Shown here: in pieces, positions 31,429-43,390 of the stretch | Numbering within the stretch: position 1 is the stretch's first letter | How the letters are laid out: every line of letters begins with the position of its first letter | Origin: an archaeon | Lineage (GTDB): Archaea; AGJL01; Methanococci; Methanococcales; Methanocaldococcaceae | Direction of reading: 5' to 3' | Length of the DNA stretch: 64,000 bases | Assembly: GCA_024278985.1 (NCBI GenBank) | Contig: JAJRSC010000014.1 | Span: 1-64,000 of the forward strand | Translations under genes and position numbers: made by a program | The notes under the pieces: model-generated | Seen by the model: only the letters and a program-made list of their open reading frames with translations | Told to the model about the DNA's origin: nothing | The model's database searches: none

Positions 31429-32283
31429 ATGTCAGAAATTAAAAAAGCTGTTATTCCAGTTGCTGGATTTGGTACAAGGATGTTACCAATTACAAAAGCA
31501 CAACCAAAGGAAATGGTTACAGTTGTAGATAAGCCAGTTGTCCAGTATGTTGTTGAGTATTTAGTAGATTGTAATGTTAGAGATATATTATTTATAACTG
31601 GAAAGGGTAAGCAAGCTATAGAAAATCATTTTGATAAAAATTTAGAATTAGAATATTTATTAAAAAAATCTGGAAAAGAAGAACTCTTAAAAAAAATAAT
31701 GTATATAAATGAACTTGCTAACATTTTTTATGTTAGGCAAAAAGAACCTAAAGGTTTAGGAGATGCTATTTTACATGGGGAGAACTTTGTAGGAAATGAA
31801 TATTTTATAACAATGGTTGGAGATACAATATATTCAAAAAATATAATTGAAGATATGTTATATCTCCACAAAAAATACAACTGCTCAATAATTGCATTGG
31901 AGAGAGTAAATAAAAAAGATGTTCATAAATATGGAGTTGTTGAAATTAAGGAATATAATGGAGTATATGAAATTGTTGATATGGTTGAAAAACCAAAACC
32001 TGAAGAAGCTCCTTCAAATCTAATTATTACAGGGGCATATATTTTATCACCTAAGATATTTGACTATCTGAAAAAAACAAAACCTGGAAGAGGAGGAGAG
32101 ATACAACTAACAGATGCTATTAAAGATATGCTCTCAGAGGAGAAGGTTATAGGTTTTGAAATAAATTGTAAGAGATACGATATAGGGGATATATTAAGTT
32201 GGTTAAAGGCAAATGTTGAGTTATCTGCTGAGAGATTTCCAGAATTTAGAGAATTTTTAAAAGAATTTGCTAAAAATCTTTAA
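31429..32283 (+). CDS. galU: UTP--glucose-1-phosphate uridylyltransferase
   Basis: KAVIPVAGFGTRMLPITKAQPKEM, RQKEPKGLGDA, VEKP, GEIQLTDA. Confidence 0.94.
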   Translation: MSEIKKAVIPVAGFGTRMLPITKAQPKEMVTVVDKPVVQYVVEYLVDCNVRDILFITGKGKQAIENHFDKNLELEYLLKKSGKEELLKKIMYINELANIFYVRQKEPKGLGDAILHGENFVGNEYFITMVGDTIYSKNIIEDMLYLHKKYNCSIIALERVNKKDVHKYGVVEIKEYNGVYEIVDMVEKPKPEEAPSNLIITGAYILSPKIFDYLKKTKPGRGGEIQLTDAIKDMLSEEKVIGFEINCKRYDIGDILSWLKANVELSAERFPEFREFLKEFAKNL

Positions 32284-32302
32284 AATTTTTTTTGTGGTAA
32301 AT

Positions 32303-32710
32303 ATGGATATTGCAATAATTTTAGGTTTGTTGGTAGCTATATTATATGTGGTAGGAACTTTTTTTGCAAAAATAGTTTGTGAAAAAAATCCACTATTTCA
32401 ATGGGTAGTTGTTAATATTGTTGGGATTATATTATGTATTGCTTTGATAGTTAAATATAAAAATATACTTATAACAGATAGTAGAGTTATATTATATGCT
32501 ATTATAGCTGGGGTATTTGTTGTTGTAGGGTCTTTGGTTTTGTATTATGCTCTATACAAAGGGAAGGCAAGTATAGTAGTTCCATTATCATCCATTGGAC
32601 CAGCTATTACTGTTATACTTTCAATATTATTTTTAGGAGAATCATTAACTATAAATCAAATAATAGGAATTGTTTTAATTATTATTGGAATTATATTACT
32701 CTCTATTTAA
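32303..32710 (+). CDS. EamA/DMT family small membrane transporter
   Basis: YYALYKGKASIVVPL...LFLGESLT...GI; start placed at ATG 32303. Confidence 0.85.
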   Translation: MDIAIILGLLVAILYVVGTFFAKIVCEKNPLFQWVVVNIVGIILCIALIVKYKNILITDSRVILYAIIAGVFVVVGSLVLYYALYKGKASIVVPLSSIGPAITVILSILFLGESLTINQIIGIVLIIIGIILLSI

Positions 32711-32715
32711 TATAT

Positions 32716-32824
32716 ACGAAATTCGTCATAAAGTTTTGAAAATATCTATAATACAAAATCTTAATTTTGGTTCGAAATTCGGAGAATTACTAAATAAAAG
32801 TTATATAAATTGTAAATCGAAATT
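32716..32824. promoter_or_regulatory. Cluster of CGAAATT(CG) palindromic boxes upstream of hsdM (candidate operator)
   Basis: ACGAAATTCGT 32716-32726, CGAAATTCG 32773-32781, CGAAATT 32818-32824. CG-containing words are otherwise scarce here. Confidence 0.4.
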
Positions 32825-32972
32825 GTTGATTATAAAACCAACAAAAATAAAATAATATCAAGTTTTTATTGGACTTTTTTGGAATAAAAGTAATCATAAA
32901 AATTATGAGTTTATTATATAATATTTATATAATAGTGGAAACATTAAAATAACTATCTAATTTGGTGATGGT

Positions 32973-34706
32973 ATGAAACTTAAAAATATTGAGCCAAGAT
33001 TTTTGAGAGCATATAATATATTAATGGAGAAGTTTGGGCTATTTCCATTTACCTATGATATGGCTAAAGAAGTACTTAAAGATAGGTATGAAAATATAAA
33101 TGAAGTTTTATCTAAATTGGTAGATGCAGGATTATTAGAAAAAACTGCAAAAAAGGAAGATAAAAGAAAGAAATTTTATAAAATAAAACCATTAGTCTGT
33201 GAAAATATGGGAAAGATAACTAAAGATAAACTAATTAACCTACTTAAAGAAGGTGCTGATATAATAAGAACACAGGTAGATTATAAAGTATTGTTATTAT
33301 TCTTATTTTTTAAGGCAATTAGTGATAAATATCTCCTAAAAGTTAATGAATTAAAAAATGAGTTTAAAGATTTAGATGAAGAAGATATTTATGTGTTAGC
33401 AAATGAGGAAATTTTAGAACTTTATGATGTTGAGAGTAAAAAGTTGTATGTTTGGCAAAATGTAAAAAATAACCCAGAGGATTTTATAAATGCTTTAAAT
33501 AAAATTATTGAGATGAATGAAGAAAAATTAAGTGGTTTAGATGAGTTAATAAAAAGAACTGGACTTCCTTCATTGTTTGAAAATGAAAATAAATATATAG
33601 TACAACAATTAATTAATTTATTTAGTAGTACAGATTTTTCAGAAGTATCTTATGATATATTAGGAGATGCATATGAGTGGATTTTAAATTATTTTGCTCC
33701 AACAAGGGCAAAAGAGGGAGAGGTTTATACACCTATTGAAGTTAGCAAATTAATTGCTCATTTAGTAGAGCCTAAAGATGATGAGGTTATCTTAGACCCT
33801 GCATGTGGGTCTGGTTCTATGTTGATAGAGCAGTATAGATTTGTAGGTAGTAAGCCTAATATTGTATTAGTTGGACAGGAGAGGAATGATGTAACTGCTG
33901 TTTTGGCAAAGTTGAATTTTATACTTCATGGAATTAACTTAAAAGATGCTAAGGTGTTTATTGGAGACTCTTTACTAAATCCAAAATTTGAGACATTTAT
34001 TAAAGAGATTAAAAAAACTGAAAAAGCTGATAAGGTTGTAGCAAATCCACCATGGAATCAAGATGGTTATGATGAGAATACTTTAAAAAATAATGAGAAA
34101 TATAGAGAAATTTATAAATATGGATTTACAAATAAAAAATCAGCTGATTGGGTATGGATACAGCTGATAAACTATTATACTGAAAAAAAGGCAGGAATTG
34201 TTTTAGATTCTGGAGCTTTATTTAGAGGAGGGAAAGAGAAGACAATAAGAAAAAGGTTTATAGAAGATGATTTAATTGAGGCTATTGTTTTATTACCTGA
34301 AAAGATATTTTATAACACTCAAGCACCAGGAATTATTTTAGTTTTGAATAAAAATAAGCCAGAAGAGAGAAAAGGAAAAATTTTGTTTATAAATGCTTCT
34401 AATGAATATATTAAGCATCCAGAGGTTAAAAAGTTAAATAAACTCTCTGATGAGAATATTGAGAAAATAGCAAGGGCATATAAGGAGTTTAAGGATGTTG
34501 TTGGCTTTTGTAGAGTTGTAGATATTGAGGAGATTAAAAAGAATGACTATAACTTAAATGTTTCTTTGTATGTCTTCCCAATTGATGAAGGGGAAGATAT
34601 AGATTTAAAAGAAGTATATGAAGAGCTTAATAAGTTGCATAATTAATATTTAGATAAGTTTGAGATTGTTAAGGGATATTTAGAAGAAATTAAAGATGTT
34701 GATTAA
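32973..34706 (+). CDS. hsdM: Type I R-M methyltransferase subunit with N-terminal wHTH-like extension; TAA at 34644-34646 precedes 19 more in-frame codons
   Basis: GEVYTP, ILDPACGSGSML, ANPPW. After the TAA the frame continues YLDKFEIVKGYLEEIKDVD*, extending the C-terminal helix. Confidence 0.9.
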
Positions 34707-34722
34707 GTATATAGGGATTTTT

Positions 34723-35073
34723 ATGCCAAAAAAAAATAATGGAAGAAAAAAGAGAAAAGGGAGCAAAAAAGAGAAGATAATAGCAAATAGATATAAAAAA
34801 GCTGGTTATAGAGTAGAAACAAATAAAATTATTAAATTAAACCAATACAAGCGTGGAGAAATTGATATTTTAGCAACTAAAAAAGATAAAAAAATAGTTA
34901 TAGAATCAAAAACTGGAAGCCAAACAATAACCTCCTCAGATATTATAAAACTATCTAAAAAATCAAATAAAGTTAGGGCTAAGCCAGTGCTATATTTAGG
35001 TCCTAAAACAAAAATAACAAATAAAGCCAAAGCATTGGCCAGAGAATTGGGGATAACTATAAAGAGAGGATAA
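34723..35073 (+). CDS. Small PD-(D/E)XK nuclease, Mrr-cat/YraN-like
   Basis: E..IAN.Y.K.GY.V, GEIDILA.K...IVIESK. Start placed at ATG 34723. Confidence 0.72.
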   Translation: MPKKNNGRKKRKGSKKEKIIANRYKKAGYRVETNKIIKLNQYKRGEIDILATKKDKKIVIESKTGSQTITSSDIIKLSKKSNKVRAKPVLYLGPKTKITNKAKALARELGITIKRG

Positions 35074-35084
35074 ATGGGATATTT

Positions 35085-36263
35085 ATGAACACCATCCAAT
35101 TTTATAAAGAAGAAAATTTTAAAGAAGTTGATGGGTTGAGAGTTCCAGAGGATTGGGAAGTTGTTAAGTTAGGAAAAGTTATTACATTAAAAAATGGAAA
35201 AAGACCTGTTTTTGATGAGGATGGTATATTTCCAGTATATGGTGCTAATGGTATTATGGGATATTCTAACAACTATATTACTGATAATGATTTTATTTTG
35301 ATAATTGGAAGAGTTGGAGCTTCTGGTGAGATTAATTTATCATCTGGAAAAATTTGGGTTAGTGATAACGCAATATATAGCGAAAATTATAACAAAACTA
35401 AAACATTTCCAATTTTTTTATACTATTTGCTTAGATTCTTAGATATAAAACAATATGTAACAAAAACAACACATCCAATAATAACACAAACATTATTGAA
35501 AAATCTAAAAATCCCCCTACCTCCTTTAGAAGAGCAGAAAGCAATAGCAAAAATATTAAATGATTTTGATGAGTTAATAGAAACAATAAATAAGCAAATT
35601 GAGGCCTTAAATAAGGTAAAAAAGGGAATGATGAAAAAATTATTTACTAAGGGAGTTTTTAAACATGAAAAATTTAAAAAAACTGAGGTTGGAGAAATTC
35701 CAGAGGATTGGGATGTTGTTAAGTTGGGAGATGTAATTAAAATATATGACCATTTAAGAGTGCCATTAAGTAAAATAGAAAGAAGTAAAAGAAAGGGAAA
35801 ATATCCATATTGTGGAGCAAATGGTATTATTGACTATATTGATAACTATATATTTGATGGGGAATATGTTTTAATTGCTGAAGATGGGGGATATTTTGGA
35901 AAATATGAATCATCTGCTTATATTATGAAAGGTAAATTTTGGGTTAATAATCATGCCCATGTTATACAGGCTATTAATGGACTAACTACAAATTTATTTA
36001 TAATGTACATATTGAATTACTTAGATTTAAATCCCTATGTTGTTGGTACAACTAGAAAAAAACTAAATCAGACAGAATTAAAAAACATAAAAATCCCCCT
36101 ACCTCCTTTAGAAGAACAGAAAGCAATAGCTGAGAGATTAAAAGCTATTGATGAGTTAATAGAAATTAAAAAGAAAGAGAAGGAACAAATTGAGAAGGCA
36201 AAAAAGGGGATAATGGAAAAGTTATTAACTGGAAAAATAAGAGTAAAAAATTTAAATTCTTAA
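35085..36263 (+). CDS. hsdS: Type I R-M specificity subunit (two TRDs)
   Basis: Duplicated PEDW.VVKLG and IPLPPLEEQKAIA conserved regions. Confidence 0.95.
   Translation: MNTIQFYKEENFKEVDGLRVPEDWEVVKLGKVITLKNGKRPVFDEDGIFPVYGANGIMGYSNNYITDNDFILIIGRVGASGEINLSSGKIWVSDNAIYSENYNKTKTFPIFLYYLLRFLDIKQYVTKTTHPIITQTLLKNLKIPLPPLEEQKAIAKILNDFDELIETINKQIEALNKVKKGMMKKLFTKGVFKHEKFKKTEVGEIPEDWDVVKLGDVIKIYDHLRVPLSKIERSKRKGKYPYCGANGIIDYIDNYIFDGEYVLIAEDGGYFGKYESSAYIMKGKFWVNNHAHVIQAINGLTTNLFIMYILNYLDLNPYVVGTTRKKLNQTELKNIKIPLPPLEEQKAIAERLKAIDELIEIKKKEKEQIEKAKKGIMEKLLTGKIRVKNLNS
35506..36130 (+). repeat. 43-bp direct repeat in hsdS conserved regions
   Basis: 35506-35548 vs 36088-36130, one mismatch. Confidence 0.8.
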
Positions 36264-36300
36264 AATAAAAATTTTTATTGTTAATAAATTTGGTGAAATT

Positions 36301-36609
36301 ATGCAACTTAATAAAAACATCATCTTAAGCATTCTTAGAGAGCATAAAAATGAATTAAAAAAATTTGGCGTTAAAAGAATTGGTTTATTTGGAAGTTATG
36401 CAAAAAATGAGCAGAAAGAAACATCAGATATTGATTTTATTGTTGAGTTTGAAGAAGGACAGGCAACTTATGACAATTATATAAATTTAATAACATATCT
36501 TGAAAACTTATTTAATAAAAAAGTTGATTTGCTCACTGTAGAAGGTTTAAAAAGCATAAGAATAAAAGAAATTAAAGAAGATATTAAAAAAGGTATTATA
36601 TATGTCTAA
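36301..36609 (+). CDS. Minimal nucleotidyltransferase (MNT antitoxin)
   Basis: FGVKRIGLFGSYAKNEQKETSDIDFIVEF...KVDL. Confidence 0.9.
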   Translation: MQLNKNIILSILREHKNELKKFGVKRIGLFGSYAKNEQKETSDIDFIVEFEEGQATYDNYINLITYLENLFNKKVDLLTVEGLKSIRIKEIKEDIKKGIIYV

Positions 36610-36717
36610 AAGAGGAGATTAAGAAATTTTAATGGATATTTTAGAGGCAATAAATAGATAAAAATTTATACGAAAGGAATGGATTATGAAACATTTTTAT
36701 CAGATATAAAAACACAA
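36602..36717 (+). pseudogene. Truncated HEPN (DUF86/HepT-like) toxin
   Basis: MSKRGD*EILMDILEAINR, then a frameshift to IYTKGMDYETFLSDIKTQ, ending abruptly at the direct repeat. Confidence 0.75.
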
Positions 36718-36749
36718 GTGTTAATAAATTTGGTGGAATTTTATCTCAG

Positions 36750-39700
36750 GTGAATAAAATGCCTATTCCAGAGAATCATGTCCATAAAAATATAGAAGAA
36801 AATTTAAATAAATTAGGTTGGAAAAAATTGGATAGATATGAGGAGGAGGCATTTAGCAATTATATAATAAAACCAATATTAAAGGAACAACTAAAAATTA
36901 TAAACAGCCATATAAAGAAATACAAAGATGAATTTATTGAGAAGGCAATAAATAAACTGATGAATGAACAAAAACCAGAGATTATTTTAGATTATATTAA
37001 AAATGGAATTTTTATATCTTTAGACAAAGGTAGAAAAGGGCAAGTTCCTGATAGAGTTAAATTAATTGATTATAAAAATATTGAAAAGAATATTTTTCAC
37101 TATGCCCATGAATTAAAATTTAAAGGAAATGACAATATTATCCCAGATTTTACTTTATTTATTAATGGCATACCTCTTATAATAATTGAAGCAAAAAGGG
37201 AGATATCTAAAAAAGATACTTATGAAGATGCAATAAATCAAATAAATAGATATGAAAGAGAAGCTCCAAAATTATTTAATTATGTACAGTTTGCTGTAGT
37301 TTATGGAGATGAAAAACTTTACATCCCAACATATCCAAATGAAGAAAAAGAAGATAGATTTAAAAAACCCTACAAATGGAAAAATGTTAGAAAAGAGGAA
37401 GATATTTGGGATTTATTAAAAAGAGAGAGAGTTTTAGATATAATAAAAAACTTTACATTTTTTAGTATTGACAGAACTGAAAAAAAGACTAAAATTATTC
37501 CAAGATATATGCAATATTGGGCTGTAAATAAAGCTTTTAAAAGAATAATCAACTATCTAAATAATAATGATTATAAAAATAGAGGATTAGTTTGGCATTG
37601 GCAAGGTAGTGGAAAAACCTTTGAAATTATTTATTTAGCAGAACTATTTTATAATGAATTTAAAAATAGACATCCAGTTATATTTATAGTGGTTGATAGA
37701 ACAGATTTAGAGAATCAATTTAATAATGATATTATATCCCTAAATAATGCCAATTTTAAAAAGAATTATAAAAAAATTGATAGTATTGAAGAACTTAAAA
37801 ATCTTCTAATTAAAATAAAAGAATCAGAAATTAATCCAAAAATTTCCATTGAAGGGCTTTATTTGGTTATGATGCATAAATTTAATGAAAATAAATTGGA
37901 GGATTTTATAAAATCTTTTGACTCAATTGATAAAAAAGAAATTTTAATTTTAAGGGATGAAGCACATAGAACTGAATCTGGAAAATTTGCAACTTTAAGA
38001 AATAAGATTTTTAAAAATGCTATAACTATTGGTTTTACAGGAACTCCAGTTCATAAAAAAGATATAAGCACATTTAAAGAATTTGCCTATCCAAATGAAG
38101 GAGAGTTTTATTTAGATAGGTTTTTTATTGAGGAATCAATAAAAGAAGGCTTTACTCTACCTTTAATTTGGAGAACAGTAACACCTAAAGATATTAAGGA
38201 TATTCCAGAAGAGGAGATAAAAAATATTATAAAATTGTTTGTTGATGAAGAAGATGCTGAGAAAATTGTTGTATCCAAAAAAGAAATTGCTGAAAAAATA
38301 AAATTATCTGATTTATTAAAAAGTGAAAGCAGTATAAAAGAGGCATCAAAATACATAGCAGAGCATATTTTAGAAGATACTGAGAATTTTAAATTTAAGG
38401 CCATGGTTGTAGCTCAAGATAGAAAATCCTGTATTTTATTTAAAAAATATTTGGATAAATATTTAAAGGAAAATATTAAAGATTATAATGAAGACTGGGC
38501 TCAGGTTGTTATTACCTATGAACAAAATGATGATGTGGAGATTGAAAACTACAAAAAAATGGTTGAAGAGAAATATGGGAAAAGTATAGAGGAATTAAAT
38601 AATAATTGGGCTGATAATTTCAAAACTTCAGAAATTCCAAAAATTTTAATTGTAAATAAAAAGCTATTAACTGGATTTGATGCACCAATATTAAAAACTA
38701 TCTATATCCATCAATTCCTTAAAGATTATCTCTTACTCCAAGCATCTGCAAGGGCAAACAGACCAGAAAAAGATAAAAAATATGGGCTTATTGTTGATTT
38801 AACTGGAGTATTAATTGAAAACTACAAAAAGGCAATTGAGTTTTATAACTTATATAATGATGAGGCTATAAATAAAGATATTTTAAATAATTTATTTGTT
38901 GAAACATCAAAAATTTGGGAAAGCTTCTTAACAAAATTAGAGGAATTTAAGATGTTATTTAAATCAATTGTAGGGTTTGAGTTTAACAATCTACCCAATT
39001 ATTTAAAGTAACAAAATGATGCAAATAAAGAATTTAAAAAAGTTATTAGTAAAATAATCTTGAGTGATAAATTTGAATATTTCTATTCAAAACTTAGAGA
39101 ACTTATTCAATTATTTGAAGCTGTTGGAGCTTATGGAGAAAAATTAAATTATTATGAAACCTATGAATGGTTAAAAGTATTATCTGCAGGAATAAATAAA
39201 CAGATAAGACCAAAAAGTTATAAAATTCCTTACAATCAAATAAAAAAAGAATTATTAAATTATTTAGAATTTGATACCTATAAAGATATTTCTCAAATCA
39301 CAATAGACTCCAAGATATTGGAGAAAATAAAAAATAATAAAGAAAATCTTAACATAATTATTGCTGATATGGTTTATTATTCCTTAGATGTCCTTCAAAA
39401 TAAAAGAGAACCAATATATAGGATGATATATGAAAGAATAAACGAATTAAAAAATGCATATATATCAAAAACTAAAAAAAGTGAGTATATAATTAATGAG
39501 TTAATAAATTGTTTAAATACATTAAAAACTTATGAAGAGGACGAAAAAACATTATCCAAATCTGAAAGGGCATTAAAAAATATATTGTTTTATTTAAAGA
39601 ACTTTAAAAAGTATAGTGATATTAAAAAACTTCCATTAACTGAAAAGTCCTTAAAAAGTTTGGAAAATAAAAAATTAATAAGACCAAGTGATTTTGATAA

Positions 39701-39812
39701 GATTAAAAAATATTTATTTATTGATTTGAAAAATACTATTAAAGAAACAGAAGATAGAAGAAAGATATCAAATAAAATAGTAGAGGAGATTATTAAGCCT
39801 ATTTTTACATAA
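36750..39812 (+). CDS. hsdR: Type I R-M restriction subunit, interrupted by in-frame TAA (39009-39011)
   Basis: PDFTLFINGIPLIIIEAK, WHWQGSGKT, DEAHR, GFTGTP, LTGFDAP, QASARANR. 39060-39812 is in the same frame and the gap reads YLK*QNDANKEFKKVISKIILSDKF. Confidence 0.9.
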
Positions 39813-39834
39813 AAATAAAGGTTTTTGAGATACA

Positions 39835-40143
39835 ATGAACAGATTAAATAAACTATTAGAAGATGTAAAAAAAGAATTAAATTTAAACTATAATATAAAA
39901 ATTAGAATAAAGCCACAAAAAAGAAAAATTGCCTCCATTTCATTAACAAATAAAATCATCTATATAAATAAAAATCTACTTCCTCATCTGAATGAGGAGG
40001 AAATAAAGTTTATCCTTGCTCATGAACTTCTACATTTAAAATATGGAAAATATCATACAAATGAATTTGAGCAGGAACTTTCATCTTTATTTCCTAATAA
40101 AGAAACTCTTTTAATGAATATTATAAATAAACTAAAAAATTAA
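39835..40143 (+). CDS. Small zinc metallopeptidase (M48/SprT/YgjP-like), R-M associated
   Basis: FILAHELLHLK...H..EF (HExxH). Confidence 0.82.
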   Translation: MNRLNKLLEDVKKELNLNYNIKIRIKPQKRKIASISLTNKIIYINKNLLPHLNEEEIKFILAHELLHLKYGKYHTNEFEQELSSLFPNKETLLMNIINKLKN

Positions 40144-40148
40144 ATTAC

Positions 40149-41372
40149 TTATTTTATAACCCTTTCAAATTCCTCTTTTTTATTTAATGGTTTTGTGGCA
40201 TCTATTCCTATTTTTGTGGTTGTTTTATTTTCTTTTAAAGATGGGTCTAAAGATGAACCTTTAGCTCCAGGGATAATTATTATATCTTTATCTCCTTGGA
40301 CTCTTGTAGCTATGGCATATTCTACATCTGAAATATCAAAAATATTTATATCTTCATCTACAACAACAACATGTTTTAAACTTGGATGTGATGCCAAAGC
40401 TGCTAAAATAGCATTTTTTCCATCTCCTTCAGTTCTTTTTTCTATTTGAACAACTGCATGAAGCCAACAACAACCTCCTTCAGTAAGATAAACATTTTTA
40501 ACTGTTGGAATTGTATTTCTTATAAACTTTAACATCCTTGGTTCTTGAGGAAGTCCCATTAATGCCTTATGCTCCTCTCCTCCAGGTAGAAGTGCATGGA
40601 ATATTTTTTCTCTAACTAAAACCTTTTCAATCTCTATTATTGGCTGTTTTCTTATTTTATCATATGTTCCAGTTATATCTACAAATGGCCCCTCATCATC
40701 ATACTTATTTAATATCCTTCCTTTAATAATTATCTCTGCCTTAGGAACTAATATATTATCTAACTCAAAAACTTCAATTTTATCCAAAGTGGAGGCAAAC
40801 TTTAACTCATCAAAGTATATATCTCCAGAAGTAGATGCTGCTAATAAAACAGCAGGATGGCAACCAATAGCAATAACAACATTTAAATAACCTTTTTCTT
40901 TTAAAGCCTTGTTATATAGAAAATGTAAATGTCTCTGCTCTACCATCCTGATAACTAAATAATTATCTTTAACTAAAATTCTATGTATTGATAAATTATA
41001 TCCATAGTCTTTATCATTGACAATAACAACACCAGAAGTAATATATGGACCTGCATCTTTTTCAAAATATTTAGGTATAGGAATATTTTTAATATCCTCC
41101 TCTTTATATTCCTTCTTTAATGAATTGTTGATTATTGGCTCTCCGTCTAATTTTTCCATCTTGTCCAATAAAAATTTAGAAAACTCTTCCTTTTTTACAT
41201 TAAAAAACTTTGCTAATCTTTCCCTATTCCACAAATTTCCAACTACTTCATAACCATCAACATCTTTTATATATACAACATCTTTTTTGTATTTTAATAA
41301 TATTCTTCCTATCTCTTCTCTGTTGGCTTTTTCTATTACTATTGGATTGAAAAGTTTTAAAAATTCTCTCAT
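40149..41372 (-). CDS. UbiD-family decarboxylase (probable anhydromevalonate phosphate decarboxylase)
   Basis: DAGPYITSG, NLSIHR, EGPFVDITGTYD, KHVVVVDEDINI, GSSLDPS, KIGIDAT. Confidence 0.88.
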   Translation of the reverse strand: MREFLKLFNPIVIEKANREEIGRILLKYKKDVVYIKDVDGYEVVGNLWNRERLAKFFNVKKEEFSKFLLDKMEKLDGEPIINNSLKKEYKEEDIKNIPIPKYFEKDAGPYITSGVVIVNDKDYGYNLSIHRILVKDNYLVIRMVEQRHLHFLYNKALKEKGYLNVVIAIGCHPAVLLAASTSGDIYFDELKFASTLDKIEVFELDNILVPKAEIIIKGRILNKYDDEGPFVDITGTYDKIRKQPIIEIEKVLVREKIFHALLPGGEEHKALMGLPQEPRMLKFIRNTIPTVKNVYLTEGGCCWLHAVVQIEKRTEGDGKNAILAALASHPSLKHVVVVDEDINIFDISDVEYAIATRVQGDKDIIIIPGAKGSSLDPSLKENKTTTKIGIDATKPLNKKEEFERVIK

Positions 41373-43390
41373 AATATCACTTTTGCATCTCCTACAATTC
41401 CACCTTTTTCAAATACAAAAACAGGATTTAAATCAATTTCCTTAATATTGTTAATCTCTGCTATAACTCCAATCTTTATAATAAGTTCAGCAATGAAATT
41501 TATATCTCCTTTTTTTCCTCTATATCCTTCTAATATTTTATATCCTTTTAGAGATTTTATCATATCTATGGCATAGTCTTTACTTATTGGCAATATACCA
41601 AAAGATATATCCTTTAAAACTTCTACAAATATTCCTCCTAATCCTGTTAAAACAGTAATCCCTAAATCATCTCTTTTAGCTCCTATAAATATCTCCAAAC
41701 CATCAATATATTCCTCTATTAAAACACCTTCCACATCCTTCTTAGAGATTAAATTATCAAATGCCTTTATAGGATTTTCAGGTTTTATAATAACTCCTCC
41801 AATATCTGTTTTATGTAATATCTTAGATGATAAAACTTTCATAACAAAAGAAGAATTTTTAAAGTTTTTAGTATATTTTTCAACATCCTCTCTACTTCTT
41901 GCAATATAACACTTAGGTGTTGGAATTCCATATAAAGATAATAGTTTTTTTATATTATATTCATTTGGATTTTTTAAATATTGTTCAATTAGTTCTCTAT
42001 TTTTTTCTGTTATCTTTAAAAACTCTTTTTTTACTTTATAATAAAATTCATAATCTTCTTCTCTTTTCTTAATTTCTCTATATTTGTTTAAAAAGTATAG
42101 TGCCTTAATACCATTTTCAGGAGTTTGATAAGAGGGATACCCATTTTTTCTTAAATAACTCTTAGCTCCTTTTACTGATACTCCACCTATAAATGAGGTT
42201 ACCATTGGCTTTATATTAAGTTTAACAATTTCCTCAGCAACTTTTAAAGGATTTGTCATTTTTTGAGGAGTTAAAATTACAAGGAATGCATCTATATTTT
42301 TATCCTTAGATAACACTTTTATAACTTCTCTATATCTCTCTGGAGTAGCATCTCCAATAATATCAAGAGGATTATTAATATTGGTATTTTTTGGTAAGAT
42401 TTTTTTTAGTTCTTTAATAGTAACATCTGAAAACTTTGAAAGATTTATTTTATACTTTTCAACTGCATCAGCAGATAAAACTCCAAAACCTCCAGCATTT
42501 GTTATTATTGCTATATTATTTCCTTTAGGAATTGGTTGAGTAGAAAAGATATGTATAAAGTCAATTAACTCCTCAAAAGTTTCTGCCTCTATTAATCCTG
42601 CTTGCTTGAAAATAGCTTTATATATTTCATATTCTCCTGCCAATGCACCAGTGTGAGACTTTGCTAATATCTTACCTATCTCACTTTTTCCTGCCTTTAA
42701 AACAATAATTGGCTTTTTCTTAGAGACATTTTTAGCAATCTCGTTAAAGCTCTTATCTTTTAAACTTTCAATATATAAAACAATAACCTTAGTCCTTTCA
42801 TCATTCTCTAAATATTTTAATATCTCACTCTCCTGGATATCAATCTTATTCCCTAAACTAACAACTTTAGAGACTCCAATATTTAAAAGGGGTGTTATAT
42901 CTAAAATAGCATTTAAAACTGCACCACTTTGTGATATTATAGCCACATTACCCTCTTTTGGAAAGATGTTAGAAAAAGAGGCATTTAATTTATTTTCAGT
43001 ATTTATAATCCCTAAACAGTTAGGTCCTATAACCCTTATATTGAACTTTTTAGCTATTTCTCTAACTTTTTCCTCTAATTCATAATTTCCAACTTCAGAA
43101 AATCCTGCTGATATTATAATAGCTCCTTTAACTCCCTTTTTACCACACTCTTCTAATACATTAGGCACATAAATATTTGGAACTACTATAACAACTAAGT
43201 CAATATCTTCCTCAATATCTAAAATAGATTTATAGCATTTTTTACCTAATATGTTATTATACTTTGGATTGATAAAATAAACATTCCCCTTAAAGTTACT
43301 CAAATTTTTAATTATTGAATTTCCAACTTTGCCCTCTTTTGGTGTAGCTCCTATAACAGCAACATTTTTAGGATAAAATATAAAATCCAT
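41369..43390 (-). CDS. Acetate--CoA ligase (ADP-forming), fused alpha/beta
   Basis: [25 protein letters not shown] (phospho-His), [22 protein letters not shown]. Confidence 0.92.
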   Translation of the reverse strand: MDFIFYPKNVAVIGATPKEGKVGNSIIKNLSNFKGNVYFINPKYNNILGKKCYKSILDIEEDIDLVVIVVPNIYVPNVLEECGKKGVKGAIIISAGFSEVGNYELEEKVREIAKKFNIRVIGPNCLGIINTENKLNASFSNIFPKEGNVAIISQSGAVLNAILDITPLLNIGVSKVVSLGNKIDIQESEILKYLENDERTKVIVLYIESLKDKSFNEIAKNVSKKKPIIVLKAGKSEIGKILAKSHTGALAGEYEIYKAIFKQAGLIEAETFEELIDFIHIFSTQPIPKGNNIAIITNAGGFGVLSADAVEKYKINLSKFSDVTIKELKKILPKNTNINNPLDIIGDATPERYREVIKVLSKDKNIDAFLVILTPQKMTNPLKVAEEIVKLNIKPMVTSFIGGVSVKGAKSYLRKNGYPSYQTPENGIKALYFLNKYREIKKREEDYEFYYKVKKEFLKITEKNRELIEQYLKNPNEYNIKKLLSLYGIPTPKCYIARSREDVEKYTKNFKNSSFVMKVLSSKILHKTDIGGVIIKPENPIKAFDNLISKKDVEGVLIEEYIDGLEIFIGAKRDDLGITVLTGLGGIFVEVLKDISFGILPISKDYAIDMIKSLKGYKILEGYRGKKGDINFIAELIIKIGVIAEINNIKEIDLNPVFVFEKGGIVGDAKVIL

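Larger units (their letters stand above)
36279..36740 (+). repeat. 22-bp direct repeat flanking the MNT-HEPN' cassette
   Basis: tgttaataaatttggtgaaatt (36279-36300) vs tgttaataaatttggtggaatt (36719-36740). Confidence 0.8.

Noticed and set aside
35085-36263. hsdS internal repeats as a phase-variable shufflon
   Set aside because: The repeats are the normal direct conserved regions; no inverted silent TRDs or recombinase are nearby.
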